Assembly: GCA_963770835.1 (NCBI GenBank)
Contig: CAVYRH010000004.1
Location: 224,001-288,000, forward strand
Length of the DNA stretch: 64,000 nt
Direction: 5' to 3'
Origin: an uncultured Pseudomonadota bacterium
Lineage (GTDB): Bacteria > Oederibacteriota > Muellerivitia > Muellerivitales > Muellerivitaceae
Shown here: positions 30,390 through 39,445 of the stretch, piece after piece
Position numbering within the stretch: position 1 is the first letter of the stretch
How the letters are laid out: every line of letters starts with the position of its first letter
Translations under genes and position numbers: made by a program
The notes under the pieces: generated by a model
The model's database searches: none
Seen by the model: only the letters and a program-made list of their open reading frames with translations
What the model was told of the DNA's origin: nothing

Positions 30390-30418
30390 TGACGGCTCCG
30401 AAAAACGTTTTGGATTCG

Positions 30419-30455
30419 AAAAAAAAGCAGGGGCGAGGAGTCCCCGCCCCTGCTT
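30419..30455 (-). terminator. Rho-independent terminator of mtnBD
   Basis: gcaggggcg / cgcccctgc stem followed by a T run on the minus strand. Confidence 0.85.
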
Positions 30456-30476
30456 GGAAATCAAAGCTGGAGAAAC

Positions 30477-30935
30477 TTACTTGGCGGCGGCCGCCGCCTC
30501 CCGGTAGACGGGCGTCCAACCGGACTGGTCCTTGAACAGGCGCATGCATTGGATCTTCTTCTCGTCCGTCAGGTAAAAGCGGTGGTAGCGGTTGGCCGGC
30601 ACCGAGATGAAGTCCTGGGGTTCCACGAGGACCTTCATCCAACGGTCGTCCAGGCTTCGGATCTCGAAAACGCCGGAGCCGGAAAGCACGAAGCGCACCT
30701 CGTCGTCGGTGTGCAGGTGCTCGCCCACGAATTTCTGGCAAAGGGCGTCGAAGTTGGGCATTTCGGCCCACATCTTCACCTGGTCCATGGTCACGTAGCC
30801 GTTGTCCTTCATGATCTGCTCCAAGGGGGGGGTGTAGGCGGCCTCCTCGGTGGGAAGCTGGCGGTAGGTGACGCCTTGGGCGTTGAGCTCCTGCGCGGAA
30901 ATATCCTTCCCCGTCTCCAGCCAAATAGCTTTCAT
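30477..30935 (-). CDS. mtnD: Acireductone dioxygenase
   Basis: EHLHTDDEVRF...GSG.F...VPANRYHRF, MRLF...GW cupin motifs; next to mtnB. Confidence 0.92.
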   Translation of the reverse strand: MKAIWLETGKDISAQELNAQGVTYRQLPTEEAAYTPPLEQIMKDNGYVTMDQVKMWAEMPNFDALCQKFVGEHLHTDDEVRFVLSGSGVFEIRSLDDRWMKVLVEPQDFISVPANRYHRFYLTDEKKIQCMRLFKDQSGWTPVYREAAAAAK

Positions 30936-30955
30936 TCTTCCTCCCCTTTAACAGC

Positions 30956-31059
30956 AGTTTTGAGTTTTAAGTGTTGAGTTCGAAGTTATCGTATGTTTTT
31001 TAATCGGAGATTAAAAAACTTCATAAAACTTAGAACTAAAAACTGCGAACTTAAAACTT
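30956..31059. repeat. Palindromic element with heptamer-repeat arms
   Basis: agttttg agtttta agtgttg agtt ... aaaactt agaacta aaaactg cgaactt aaaactt, with internal hairpin ttttttaatc-gga-gattaaaaaa. Confidence 0.8.
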
Positions 31060-31062
31060 TTG

Positions 31063-31734
31063 TTACGTTTCTAAGGTGATACCAAGTTGCTTCATGCGGC
31101 CCGCGGCCTCGAAAAGGTAGTCGTAGCACTCGGCGTGGGTCTTGGCCTGTTTCCAATCCTTGCCCCAAACATAGACCCCGTGGCGCCGGACCAGCACCGC
31201 GTGGGACTTGGGGTTGTTTTGAATCGCCACGCCCAGGGAGTCGGCCAGGTCGCACTCGTAGGCGGTGTTCTCGATGATGGGGACTTCCAGGGTGTCGAAA
31301 GCGCCGTGGCCCTCGATGCCCTTCTGCATCTCCATGTTCTTGATCCTAAAGCGCTTGTCGAAAAGCATGGTGGCGGTGGCCGCGTTGACCGAATGGCTGT
31401 GCAGGACCGCGCCGGCGTTCCTTATTTTGTAAGCGTGCATGAAGAGGGGCGCGCATTGGGAAAGCTTGAAGCCGTTACCCGGCTCCTCCACGGCGTTGCC
31501 GTCGATGTCCAACACGAAGATGTCCCCGGGCTCCAGGCGTTCCTTTTGGACTGCGCTGGGGGCCATATAGATGAAATCACCATCCTTGATGGAGATTCCG
31601 CCGCCCGTGCCGGAGGCCCAGCCTAATTGGTAGAAATGACGACAGAGTTCACAGACCAACTCGCGGATTTTTGAGGAGGAGGCGGAAGAAACCGTTTTGG
31701 ATTTAGGATGTTTTTCGGACAAAATCGCTCTCAT
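31063..31734 (-). CDS. mtnB: Methylthioribulose-1-phosphate dehydratase (APIP-like)
   Basis: FYQLGWASGTGGGIS, APSAVQKER, SQCAPLF, GAVLHSHS, VPIIENT, AVLVRRHGVYVWG. Confidence 0.95.
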   Translation of the reverse strand: MRAILSEKHPKSKTVSSASSSKIRELVCELCRHFYQLGWASGTGGGISIKDGDFIYMAPSAVQKERLEPGDIFVLDIDGNAVEEPGNGFKLSQCAPLFMHAYKIRNAGAVLHSHSVNAATATMLFDKRFRIKNMEMQKGIEGHGAFDTLEVPIIENTAYECDLADSLGVAIQNNPKSHAVLVRRHGVYVWGKDWKQAKTHAECYDYLFEAAGRMKQLGITLET

Positions 31735-31818
31735 TTGTGACTTAATTATCAGTTATCTTATTATCAGCGTCAAGAGGAAGCCCTTTTTGGCGCACGGTTG
31801 AGGCGAAGGAGACCGGGG

Positions 31819-32265
31819 ATGTCCTATTATCAATCCACCCATTCCATTTCAGTGGCCGTGCCGGCGGAAAAAATTTATGAGGCGCTCACCCATTGGGTCC
31901 AGCGGGCGGCCTGGCGGCACGGAATTGGGATCCAGTGGGAAGGGGAAAACCGGGCCTTCGTGGGCCAGAAGGTGAAGTTCAAGTTCAAGAACTTCTTGTT
32001 CACCTATTCCTTTTCCTTCCGTGTCAGCGGAATGGAACCGCCCCGGCGGCTTTACCTGGAATATATCGAAAAGCCGCTCCAGGGCCGGGGGGCGATTGAA
32101 ATCAACCCTGAAGCTGGCGGCTGTCGGGTGGAATTTCATTGGATGCGAGTGGAACCGGCGGGCTTTTTGTCCAAGCTTTATTTCGCCCTGGGGTTGGGCA
32201 TGAGGGCCCACCGGAAGAGGACCCTGGAAACCCTTCGGATGCTAAAGAACCACCTGGAAAGATAG
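31819..32265 (+). CDS. SRPBCC/polyketide cyclase-like protein
   Basis: SISVAVPAEKIYEAL...W, EPPRRL pattern; RBS aaggag. Confidence 0.7.
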   Translation: MSYYQSTHSISVAVPAEKIYEALTHWVQRAAWRHGIGIQWEGENRAFVGQKVKFKFKNFLFTYSFSFRVSGMEPPRRLYLEYIEKPLQGRGAIEINPEAGGCRVEFHWMRVEPAGFLSKLYFALGLGMRAHRKRTLETLRMLKNHLER

Positions 32266-32377
32266 GTCTTTATTGATTCGGCCTTCTTGCCCTCTTATCA
32301 TACCCTTCCTAAATTAAAGCCCACGGGTAGGGGCGGGTCTGAGATCCCCTCCTCCATTCGTCATTCGGAGAAATAAA

Positions 32378-33538
32378 ATGAACCTCAGCCAAGACCAGAT
32401 CAAGCGCTACACCCGTCATATCCTGCTGCCTGAAGTGGGCGTCACCGGTCAGAAAAAGTTATTGGAGGCTAAGGTGCTGGTGGTGGGGGCGGGCGGCCTA
32501 GGCTGCCCCATTTCCCTTTACCTGGCCGCCGCCGGCGTGGGCACCATCGGCCTGGTGGATTTCGACACCGTGGACGCCTCGAACCTCCAGCGCCAGGTGC
32601 TTTTCACCACCGAGGACGTGGGCAAGCCCAAGGTGGAAGTGGCCGCCAAGCGGCTGAAGGCCCTCAACCCCGACGTCAAGGTCAATACCTACCAGGTGGC
32701 CCTCAAGAGCGACAACATCATGGACATCCTGAAGGACTACGACATGATCATCGACGGGACGGACAATTTCCCGACCCGCTACCTGACCAACGACGCCGCC
32801 GTGCTCCAGAAGAAGCCCAACATCTACGGTTCCATCTTCCGGTTCGACGGCCAAGTGACGGTCTTCAAGACGCCCGAGGGCCCCTGCTACCGCTGCCTTT
32901 ACCCCGAACCGCCACCGCCGGGCGAAGTGCCTTCCTGCGCGGAGGGCGGCGTCATGGGCGCCATGGTGGGAACGATCGGGGCCATCCAGGCCACGGAAGC
33001 CATCAAGATCATCACGGGCATCGGCAAGCCCGCCATCGGCAAGTTCGTCATCTACAACTCGCTGGACATGCAGTTCCGTAACCTGAAACTGCACAAGGAC
33101 CCCGCCTGCCCCATCTGCGGCACCAATCCCACCATCCACCAGCTGATCGATTATGAGCAGTTCTGCGGGATGAAAGTGGAGGAAACCCAGACCAAGGAGA
33201 TCAAGGTGAGCGGGAAAGAGGAAATCACGCCGTTGGAATTAAAGGTCAAGATGGATGAGAAACAGGATTTCGTTCTGATCGACGTGCGCGAACCCAACGA
33301 ATACGAGATCGCCCACATTGAGGGCTCAACGCTTTTGCCGCTCTCCCAGCTGCCTAACCGCTTTCACGAACTGGACAAGTTCAAAGGAAAAGAAATTGTT
33401 GTGCATTGTAAGAGCGGCGTGCGCAGCGGGAAGGCCATCAACTTCCTCAAACAACAGGGTTACACCAACCTGGTCAATGTGGCGGGGGGCATCCTCGGCT
33501 GGAGCGACCAAGTGGATTCGTCAGTCCCGAAATACTGA
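32378..33538 (+). CDS. moeB: MoeB/MoeZ adenylyltransferase with rhodanese domain
   Basis: RYTRHILLPEVG, GAGGLG, SNLQRQ, CYRCL, SCAEGG, DVREPNE, HCKSGVRS. Confidence 0.93.
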   Translation: MNLSQDQIKRYTRHILLPEVGVTGQKKLLEAKVLVVGAGGLGCPISLYLAAAGVGTIGLVDFDTVDASNLQRQVLFTTEDVGKPKVEVAAKRLKALNPDVKVNTYQVALKSDNIMDILKDYDMIIDGTDNFPTRYLTNDAAVLQKKPNIYGSIFRFDGQVTVFKTPEGPCYRCLYPEPPPPGEVPSCAEGGVMGAMVGTIGAIQATEAIKIITGIGKPAIGKFVIYNSLDMQFRNLKLHKDPACPICGTNPTIHQLIDYEQFCGMKVEETQTKEIKVSGKEEITPLELKVKMDEKQDFVLIDVREPNEYEIAHIEGSTLLPLSQLPNRFHELDKFKGKEIVVHCKSGVRSGKAINFLKQQGYTNLVNVAGGILGWSDQVDSSVPKY

Positions 33539-33562
33539 TTTTAATCGGGGCGAAGGAACCCT

Positions 33563-33862
33563 TTAGCTAACGGTTTCGGCAGCTTCTGCTGCTTCGGCTT
33601 CTTTTTTCACTTTGCGGGAAAAGCCCTGTTTGACTTTCTTGTTCTTGGAGCGGGCCCTCTTATTGAGGTCAGGTTGGTCCTGGTCCGCGGCCAGGCTTAA
33701 AGGGTTCTCGGACCGGAAATATTTCTTCGCGGTTCTTTCCCCGGCGTCGCGAAAGAGAATGTAGGCGAAACGGTTCTCGACCTTGCTGATGATGCCCAAG
33801 CCCCACTCGGGCCTAACGGGCAGTTGGACGATTTTCCCCAGGTCGTTGTCATTGATTTCCAT
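33563..33862 (-). CDS. Small hypothetical protein (DUF3553-like)
   Basis: RPEWGLG motif; RBS ggagg. Confidence 0.6.
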   Translation of the reverse strand: MEINDNDLGKIVQLPVRPEWGLGIISKVENRFAYILFRDAGERTAKKYFRSENPLSLAADQDQPDLNKRARSKNKKVKQGFSRKVKKEAEAAEAAETVS

Positions 33863-34206
33863 GCGGCACTTCCTCCATTAAGTATTTGTTCCCTTTCAGC
33901 ATACGCCTTTGGGCCCGGGAATGGGGTTTATCCGCTGAAATAAAACGCCCCAAAAGGGCCTGGATGGGGGATGGACCACCATATTTGGGGACTCGTCCGG
34001 GTTTGGGAGGCGGTTTTCAGTTCTCCCGCCCCATTCGACCGGAATAAGGTTTCCAATGCACAGCCAGGTTTTTTTATTTCCGCCTCTTCTTTTTCCCGGA
34101 ACGCAACTGAATTCTTTTCCGTTGGGAGTCCGGCGACAACATAAACCACACCTTTTCACGGTGCAAATGCTACGATAAATCAATGTTCGCTTCGAAGGAG
34201 GTTCCC

Positions 34207-34251
34207 ATGGCGAAGAAAGTCAAGAAGGCCGCTAAGAAAAAAAAGAGGTAA
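34207..34251 (+). CDS. 14-aa Lys-rich micro-protein MAKKVKKAAKKKKR
   Basis: Ideal RBS aaggaggt shortly before ATG; terminator ggcgc-gcaa-gcgcc-T6 right after the stop. Confidence 0.65.
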   Translation: MAKKVKKAAKKKKR

Positions 34252-34257
34252 CCCACC

Positions 34258-34321
34258 GGCGCGCAAGCGCCTTTTTTGTGGCCGCAGATCAAGCCCGGAC
34301 GGAAACGAACGGGCTTTTTTT
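34258..34321 (+). terminator. Two tandem hairpin/T-tract terminators
   Basis: ggcgc gcaa gcgcc tttttt and aagcccg...cgggcttttttt. Confidence 0.75.
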
Positions 34322-34342
34322 ATGGGCGACCGACCGTTGTTT

Positions 34343-34486
34343 TTAGGCTGGTTGTTTTTTAGCCGCTGCGATCTTCGCCATGGCTTCCACCAGCGCCGAA
34401 CCCGTCAAATGGCGGGTCTTCTTCCGTTCGATACGCTTCACCGAAAATTCCGTCTTGGGCTTCTTGGGCCCTTTCATTTTGGTCAT
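34343..34486 (-). CDS. 47-aa basic small protein
   Basis: MTKMKGPKKPKTEFSVKRIERKKTRHLTGSALVEAMAKIAAAKKQPA; RBS aagggg; below the ORF-track cutoff. Confidence 0.55.
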   Translation of the reverse strand: MTKMKGPKKPKTEFSVKRIERKKTRHLTGSALVEAMAKIAAAKKQPA

Positions 34487-34682
34487 TCCCGTCCCCTTTT
34501 AATCAGTTTCATCAACGGTCCATCCTAGGTTGTTTCCCCCCCAATAGATACCCTTTAGGGAAATAGAGCGGGCCCGGAACTCAGGGGAAGGTCTGAAAAG
34601 GGAAGAAAGGAACGAAGAATCACCTTACCTACGGGGAAAAGAGAATCCCTGGGCCTTTGCGGATCATGGCAAGCGCGGCGGC

Positions 34683-35372
34683 TTATTTGGGGGGAAGACG
34701 CTTAGCGGGTGGGGGCTCGGTTTTTCCGGTCAATAGTCCCGCCGGTTTCGGGGGGACCCGTTCCATTTGACCTGTTGTCCCGGCCAGCAGATCCGTCTTT
34801 TCCCCGTCCTCTTCCTCCGGCAAGCCCATTCGGATCAAGCTTAATTCGTCGAGGCGGGCCTGGATCGACCGGGAAAGGGGCTCGTCCGATTTCGAAGCCA
34901 CGGATTCCCGATAGGCTTCCGACAAGGGGCTCTCGGCCTCCATTTTTTGGAAGAATTTTTCCGATTCCCCCGGGCCCAGGCCGATGGCGATCCCCTGGAT
35001 GGCCTTGCGCTGCCAATGGCTGATCTTGGAGTAAAAATCCTTCTCCCCCGCGTGTTGGAACAACTGGTGGCCTTCCTTTATCAGGAAATCCAGGTAGGCT
35101 TTGAAGAAATTCACAGAGGTCAGGTCGAACCTTTTCTTCCGTTCAACCGAATAGTCGAGGGTGGAATACCAGAAGACGGCCAGCCATCCGATGACCCAAC
35201 CGTACCAGGGCATTCGGGTCAGCCAATTCAGGAAAGGGGCGAAGAATCCGGGCGGGTGGAAAAACCCCAGGGCCACGGCCGCCGCCTGGAAAAACCCGAT
35301 GGCCAGGATGGGCAGGGGATGCCTCAGGGAAAGCCGGAAAATATCCCAACGATCATTCAGCCATTGGATCAT
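34683..35372 (-). CDS. Hypothetical membrane protein
   Basis: 2 N-terminal TMs, typical codon usage. Confidence 0.65.
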   Translation of the reverse strand: MIQWLNDRWDIFRLSLRHPLPILAIGFFQAAAVALGFFHPPGFFAPFLNWLTRMPWYGWVIGWLAVFWYSTLDYSVERKKRFDLTSVNFFKAYLDFLIKEGHQLFQHAGEKDFYSKISHWQRKAIQGIAIGLGPGESEKFFQKMEAESPLSEAYRESVASKSDEPLSRSIQARLDELSLIRMGLPEEEDGEKTDLLAGTTGQMERVPPKPAGLLTGKTEPPPAKRLPPK

Positions 35373-35514
35373 GGAAAAATTTTAACAAACCGCCCTTCCG
35401 CCGGGTATTCAATTCCCTTGGGTTTCCTTTATCCATGTTTTTAAAAAGCCACCCTTCCACTCCAAAGGGCCGGACCTTATCATGCTTCCAAACCAGCACC
35501 CAAGGAAACCCGGC

Positions 35515-36138
35515 ATGGAAAGCGGCAAAAAGGAGATCGGGAAGGCCCAGGTCGCCTTCGCGGGCAAGTTCCAGGCTTTCGTGGATTACCAAAGCCCCGA
35601 AGCCGACGCCCTGGCGCGGGAGCGGGATAACATTCAGCTTTTTGCCCTGACCCTGGTGAGGGTCCTCTTCCTTTTGGGGGAGAACAAGCAGGCGCCCATG
35701 CTGCTGGAATACCTCCAAACCGCCATGGGGGACACGGTTACTCCCAAGGGCCTGAACCGGCCCACCATCCTGGGGCAGGGACAGGTTTTGGTGGACGTTT
35801 CGCCGGAAAAACCCGAGCGGTTGATGGTTTTAAGGCTTATCCAGGAAGAGGAAAGCCGGCTGGCCGAAATCACCCTTCCCCTGGGCGACGAAGCGCATTA
35901 TTACCCCGCAACGGTCATCTTTTATTTCCAATACCTCCTGCGAACCCTTGTTGAGCCTTCCCTCTTTTTCCTGATGCTGGTGCTGGGGGGCTTGATGGAA
36001 TATTACGAGAAGATCGGCAAAACCAACGACCTAAAGGCCCTGACGGACGGCCCCGCTTATGGTTTTTCAACCGCCATCCGGTACATCAACGAGGAACGGC
36101 GCCGGAACCCCCCCGCGCCCGGGCCGGGGGCCAACTAA
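35515..36138 (+). CDS. Hypothetical protein upstream of galK
   Basis: RBS aagga; stop lies 1 nt before the galK start. Confidence 0.65.
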   Translation: MESGKKEIGKAQVAFAGKFQAFVDYQSPEADALARERDNIQLFALTLVRVLFLLGENKQAPMLLEYLQTAMGDTVTPKGLNRPTILGQGQVLVDVSPEKPERLMVLRLIQEEESRLAEITLPLGDEAHYYPATVIFYFQYLLRTLVEPSLFFLMLVLGGLMEYYEKIGKTNDLKALTDGPAYGFSTAIRYINEERRRNPPAPGPGAN

Positions 36139-36139
36139 G

Positions 36140-37312
36140 ATGGCCTTCTCCCTCAGAGAACAAACCGGGGATCTTTTTTTAAAGACCTTCGCGGCCAAGC
36201 CCGAAATAACGGTGATGGCACCGGGCAGGGTCAACCTGATCGGGGAGCACACCGATTACAACGAGGGCTATGTCCTGCCCATGGCGGTGGACCGGGGCAT
36301 CGCCATCGCGGGCCGCAAACGCAACGACCTCAAGATCACCCTTTATTCCGCCGATTACCAGGAACAGGACGAGTTTTCCGTGAACGCCATCCGGCACGAT
36401 ATCAGCCGGCCCTGGGCCAATTACTTCAAGGGAGTGGCCCTGCTGTTGAAGCAAAACGGAATCCCATTAGGCGGCTGTGAGGCCGTCCTCAAGGGCGACC
36501 TGCCGCAAGGCGGGGGCTTGAGTTCCTCCGCGGCGCTGGAAGTGGCCTCGGCGGTTTTCCTGAAAAAGCTCTTCGGCGTGGACATGGAAGACCTGGATTT
36601 GGTCCGTCTCGCCCAAAAAGCGGAGAATGAATTCGTGGGCGTGCAATGCGGGATCATGGACCAGTTCGCCTCCCACATGGGAGGCAAGGACCACGCCCTT
36701 TTCATCGATTGCCGCAGCCTGGAGCACGACTGGGTCCCCCTGGGAACGGGCTTGAAAGTGGTGGTTTTCAACACGGGCATCAAACGGGAGCTGGCCTCCT
36801 CCGATTACAATGAGAGGCGGCGCCAGTGCGAGGAGGGGGTCCGCGAGTTCTTGAAGTTCCTGCCGGGCATCCAGTCCTTAAGGGACGTTTCCCTCTGCGA
36901 CTTCGAGAAATACCAGGCCCAGCTGGAACCGGTGATCATGAAACGCTGCAGGCACGTGATTTCCGAAAACCAAAGGGTATTGGATACCGTGGAAGCCCTG
37001 AAGGCCAAGAACCTTGAAAGGGTGAAAGTGCTCTTCCGTGAATCCCACGAGAGCCTCCGGGACGATTATGAAGTCAGCTGCCACGAGCTGGACACGCTGG
37101 TGGAATTGGGCCAGGAACATCCGCTTCAGAAGGGCTCCCGCATGACGGGCGCGGGTTTCGGGGGCTGCACCGTGCACTTGGTGCCCGCCGAGGAACAGGT
37201 CGTGGAAAACTTCATCTCTTTCGTTTCGGAAGGCTACCAAAGGCGGATCGGCCGGAAGCCGGAATATTACGTTTTCACGGCCTCGCCGGGAGCGAAGTTC
37301 CTTAACGGCTAA
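36140..37312 (+). CDS. galK: Galactokinase
   Basis: APGRVNLIGEHTDYN, GLSSSAALE, CGIMDQ, YNERR, SHESLRDDYEVS, RMTGAGFGGC. Confidence 0.95.
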   Translation: MAFSLREQTGDLFLKTFAAKPEITVMAPGRVNLIGEHTDYNEGYVLPMAVDRGIAIAGRKRNDLKITLYSADYQEQDEFSVNAIRHDISRPWANYFKGVALLLKQNGIPLGGCEAVLKGDLPQGGGLSSSAALEVASAVFLKKLFGVDMEDLDLVRLAQKAENEFVGVQCGIMDQFASHMGGKDHALFIDCRSLEHDWVPLGTGLKVVVFNTGIKRELASSDYNERRRQCEEGVREFLKFLPGIQSLRDVSLCDFEKYQAQLEPVIMKRCRHVISENQRVLDTVEALKAKNLERVKVLFRESHESLRDDYEVSCHELDTLVELGQEHPLQKGSRMTGAGFGGCTVHLVPAEEQVVENFISFVSEGYQRRIGRKPEYYVFTASPGAKFLNG

Positions 37313-37317
37313 GATTG

Positions 37318-37416
37318 AACCACAGAGTACACAGAGGACACGGAGTAAGGCCTGAAATATAAATATCATCCTTAATTGTTTAAGACTTACTTTGTGTACT
37401 CTGTGACCTCTGTGGT
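37318..37416. repeat. Long palindromic element, cacagag arms
   Basis: aaccacagagtacacagaggacacggagtaag ... cttactttgtgtactctgtgacctctgtggt. Confidence 0.88.
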
Positions 37417-37456
37417 GATAGTTTTTTGCCGGAAATCTTTTATTTAGGAACCATCA

Positions 37457-38362
37457 ATGAAACCCACACTCCTCATCATGGCCGCCGGCATGGGAAGCCG
37501 CTACGGGGGCCTCAAGCAAATGGAAGCCATGGGCCCCGAGGGCGCCACGCTGCTGGATTATTCCATTTACGACGCCATCCGCGCGGGGTTCGGGAAAGTG
37601 GTTTTCGTCATCCGCCATGACATCGAAGCGAATTTCAAGAAACTGGTGGGGAAGAAGTGGGAACCCCAAATCCCAGTCCGCTACGTCTTCCAGGAATTGG
37701 GCATGATCCCGGAGGGGTTCAAAGTCCGGGAGGGCCGCCAAAAGCCCTGGGGAACGGGCCACGCCGTTTGGGTGGCCCAGGGCGCCATCCAAGAGCCCTT
37801 CGCGGTCATCAATGCTGACGATTTTTACGGGCGGAATTCCTTCAAGGCGCTGGCCGGTTTCCTGAAAAAAATCCGCCAGAACGAGGCGGCAGCCTATGCC
37901 ATGGTGGGTTTTCCCCTTTCGAAGACCCTTTCCGAACACGGGACCGTGGCCCGGGGAATCTGCCGGATCGGGCCGGGGAAGAAACTCAAGGAAGTGGTGG
38001 AACGCCTCCAGATCGGCAAGGAAGGCCGGAAGATTTATTACCTGGACGAGTCGGGGCGGAAGCACCCTTTGAAAGGGACGGCCACGGCCTCCATGAATAT
38101 CTGGGGCTTTACACCCCGTCTTTTCGAACAGCTCAACCGGGGCTTCATGGAATTTTTAAAGCAAAAGGGCGGTGATTTGAAGGCCGAGTTCCTCCTGCCC
38201 CGCGCGGTGGATGACGCCATCGCCAAACGGAAGGCCACCGTCCAGGTGCTTTCCACCAAGGACCCCTGGTTCGGGGTGACCTACCCGAACGACAAGGAAA
38301 AGGTCCGGGCCAAGATGGAAGAACAGGTTAAAAGACACCTTTACCCCGTCCGGCTTCATTAA
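37457..38362 (+). CDS. Sugar-phosphate nucleotidyltransferase
   Basis: MAAGMGSRYGGLKQ, KPWGTGHA, INADDFYG, SMNIWGF, WFGVTY. Confidence 0.88.
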   Translation: MKPTLLIMAAGMGSRYGGLKQMEAMGPEGATLLDYSIYDAIRAGFGKVVFVIRHDIEANFKKLVGKKWEPQIPVRYVFQELGMIPEGFKVREGRQKPWGTGHAVWVAQGAIQEPFAVINADDFYGRNSFKALAGFLKKIRQNEAAAYAMVGFPLSKTLSEHGTVARGICRIGPGKKLKEVVERLQIGKEGRKIYYLDESGRKHPLKGTATASMNIWGFTPRLFEQLNRGFMEFLKQKGGDLKAEFLLPRAVDDAIAKRKATVQVLSTKDPWFGVTYPNDKEKVRAKMEEQVKRHLYPVRLH

Positions 38363-38534
38363 TCCATTCGAACCGGTTGTTTTCTTCCTCGATGAACCCG
38401 CCCTGAAACTTTTTTCACCCTCCCCCTGAACTATCAAAGAAGGGATTCAGGAGAAGGCTGAAATAAAAAGTAAAGTGATCGACGTTTTTACAACATCTCA
38501 ATTTTCGGATCTGGAGGGTGGAGAGGCATGCACG

Positions 38535-38554
38535 TATAATGGTTAACCGTTAAC
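38535..38554 (+). promoter_or_regulatory. -10 box TATAAT followed by a LacI-family-like operator
   Basis: tataat-g-GTTAACCGTTAAC (near-perfect palindrome) about 110 nt upstream of the operon start. Confidence 0.55.
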
Positions 38555-38663
38555 TTTATTTTGACCTGTGGAATTCGTGCCGCACCCCTTTTTTTCTGAA
38601 TCGAATCATGATTAGTTTGTTAGACTGGCCTTCAAGAGCGATCGAAAGGGAGCCCCACCACCG

Positions 38664-39419
38664 TTGAAAACGATCCCGATCTTAACTAGTTCCCTGGCGG
38701 TTTTGCTTTTGGCCGGCTGTGGAGCGGTTTTCGTGAACAAGGGTTCGGTCCAGGAACCCTTAAGCGACGGCCTGGTCAACCCGGACCAGAATCGCCCCAA
38801 GATCACCGTACCCCATGACCAGGAAGTCATCGGCAATTTCGATGACGGCTCCACCAATATGAACCCCCAGCTTTACAAAGCCCCCAACGGCACCTGGTCC
38901 GCCTATTCCTACGCGGGTAACACCGTGAATTATCCCTTCGTCGTCGCGGGCGGCGCGAACGGCACCAAGATGGCCGCCCACGTTTCCGGGACACTCGCCA
39001 ACAAGGGAGACGCCACCTATCCGGCCTTCCTCTTGTCGGGCAAGTTCACGCCCGCCGGTTACTATGACGCCGGCGCCTTCTCGGGCATCCGTTTCTACTA
39101 CAAATGCCCCAACGACCAGGCCTCAAACCGGCGTTTCAACATCGCCACCGCCCCCACCACGCCCCCCTCCGCAGGCGGGACCTGCGCCAGCAACTGCTAC
39201 GACCATTTTGGCCAGGACCTGTCCCAGGCGAACGACTGGACCCTGGTGACAGTCTCCTTCAAGGACGCGAAACGCATCGGGTGGGGCAGCCCCGTCGCGC
39301 CCCCGGATTTCACCGACCACTTAAACCAGATCATCGATATCGAATGGACCCACAATACGCAGAATACGCCGGGCAAGGTCACGATCGACTATTGGGTGGA
39401 TGAGGTGGAGTTTTACTAA
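38664..39419 (+). CDS. Lipoprotein with CBM11/CIA30-like galactose-binding-fold domain
   Basis: Lipobox LAGC; NFDDG, YDAGAFSGIRFY, GGTCASNCYDHFG, WTLVTVSF, YWVDEVEFY. Confidence 0.72.
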   Translation: MKTIPILTSSLAVLLLAGCGAVFVNKGSVQEPLSDGLVNPDQNRPKITVPHDQEVIGNFDDGSTNMNPQLYKAPNGTWSAYSYAGNTVNYPFVVAGGANGTKMAAHVSGTLANKGDATYPAFLLSGKFTPAGYYDAGAFSGIRFYYKCPNDQASNRRFNIATAPTTPPSAGGTCASNCYDHFGQDLSQANDWTLVTVSFKDAKRIGWGSPVAPPDFTDHLNQIIDIEWTHNTQNTPGKVTIDYWVDEVEFY

Positions 39420-39445
39420 GTCAAATTCGGTTCATTGAGGGCACT

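Noticed and set aside
32326..32352. gtaggggcgggtctgagatcccctcc, a GTAG-type REP-like sequence
   Set aside because: Single degenerate copy with weak pairing and no RAYT transposase in the window
33863..34200. Long intergenic region as a possible ncRNA, and track ORFs 33896-34183 and 33928-34149
   Set aside because: No recognisable RNA family or coding signal by eye; an Infernal/Rfam scan would be needed
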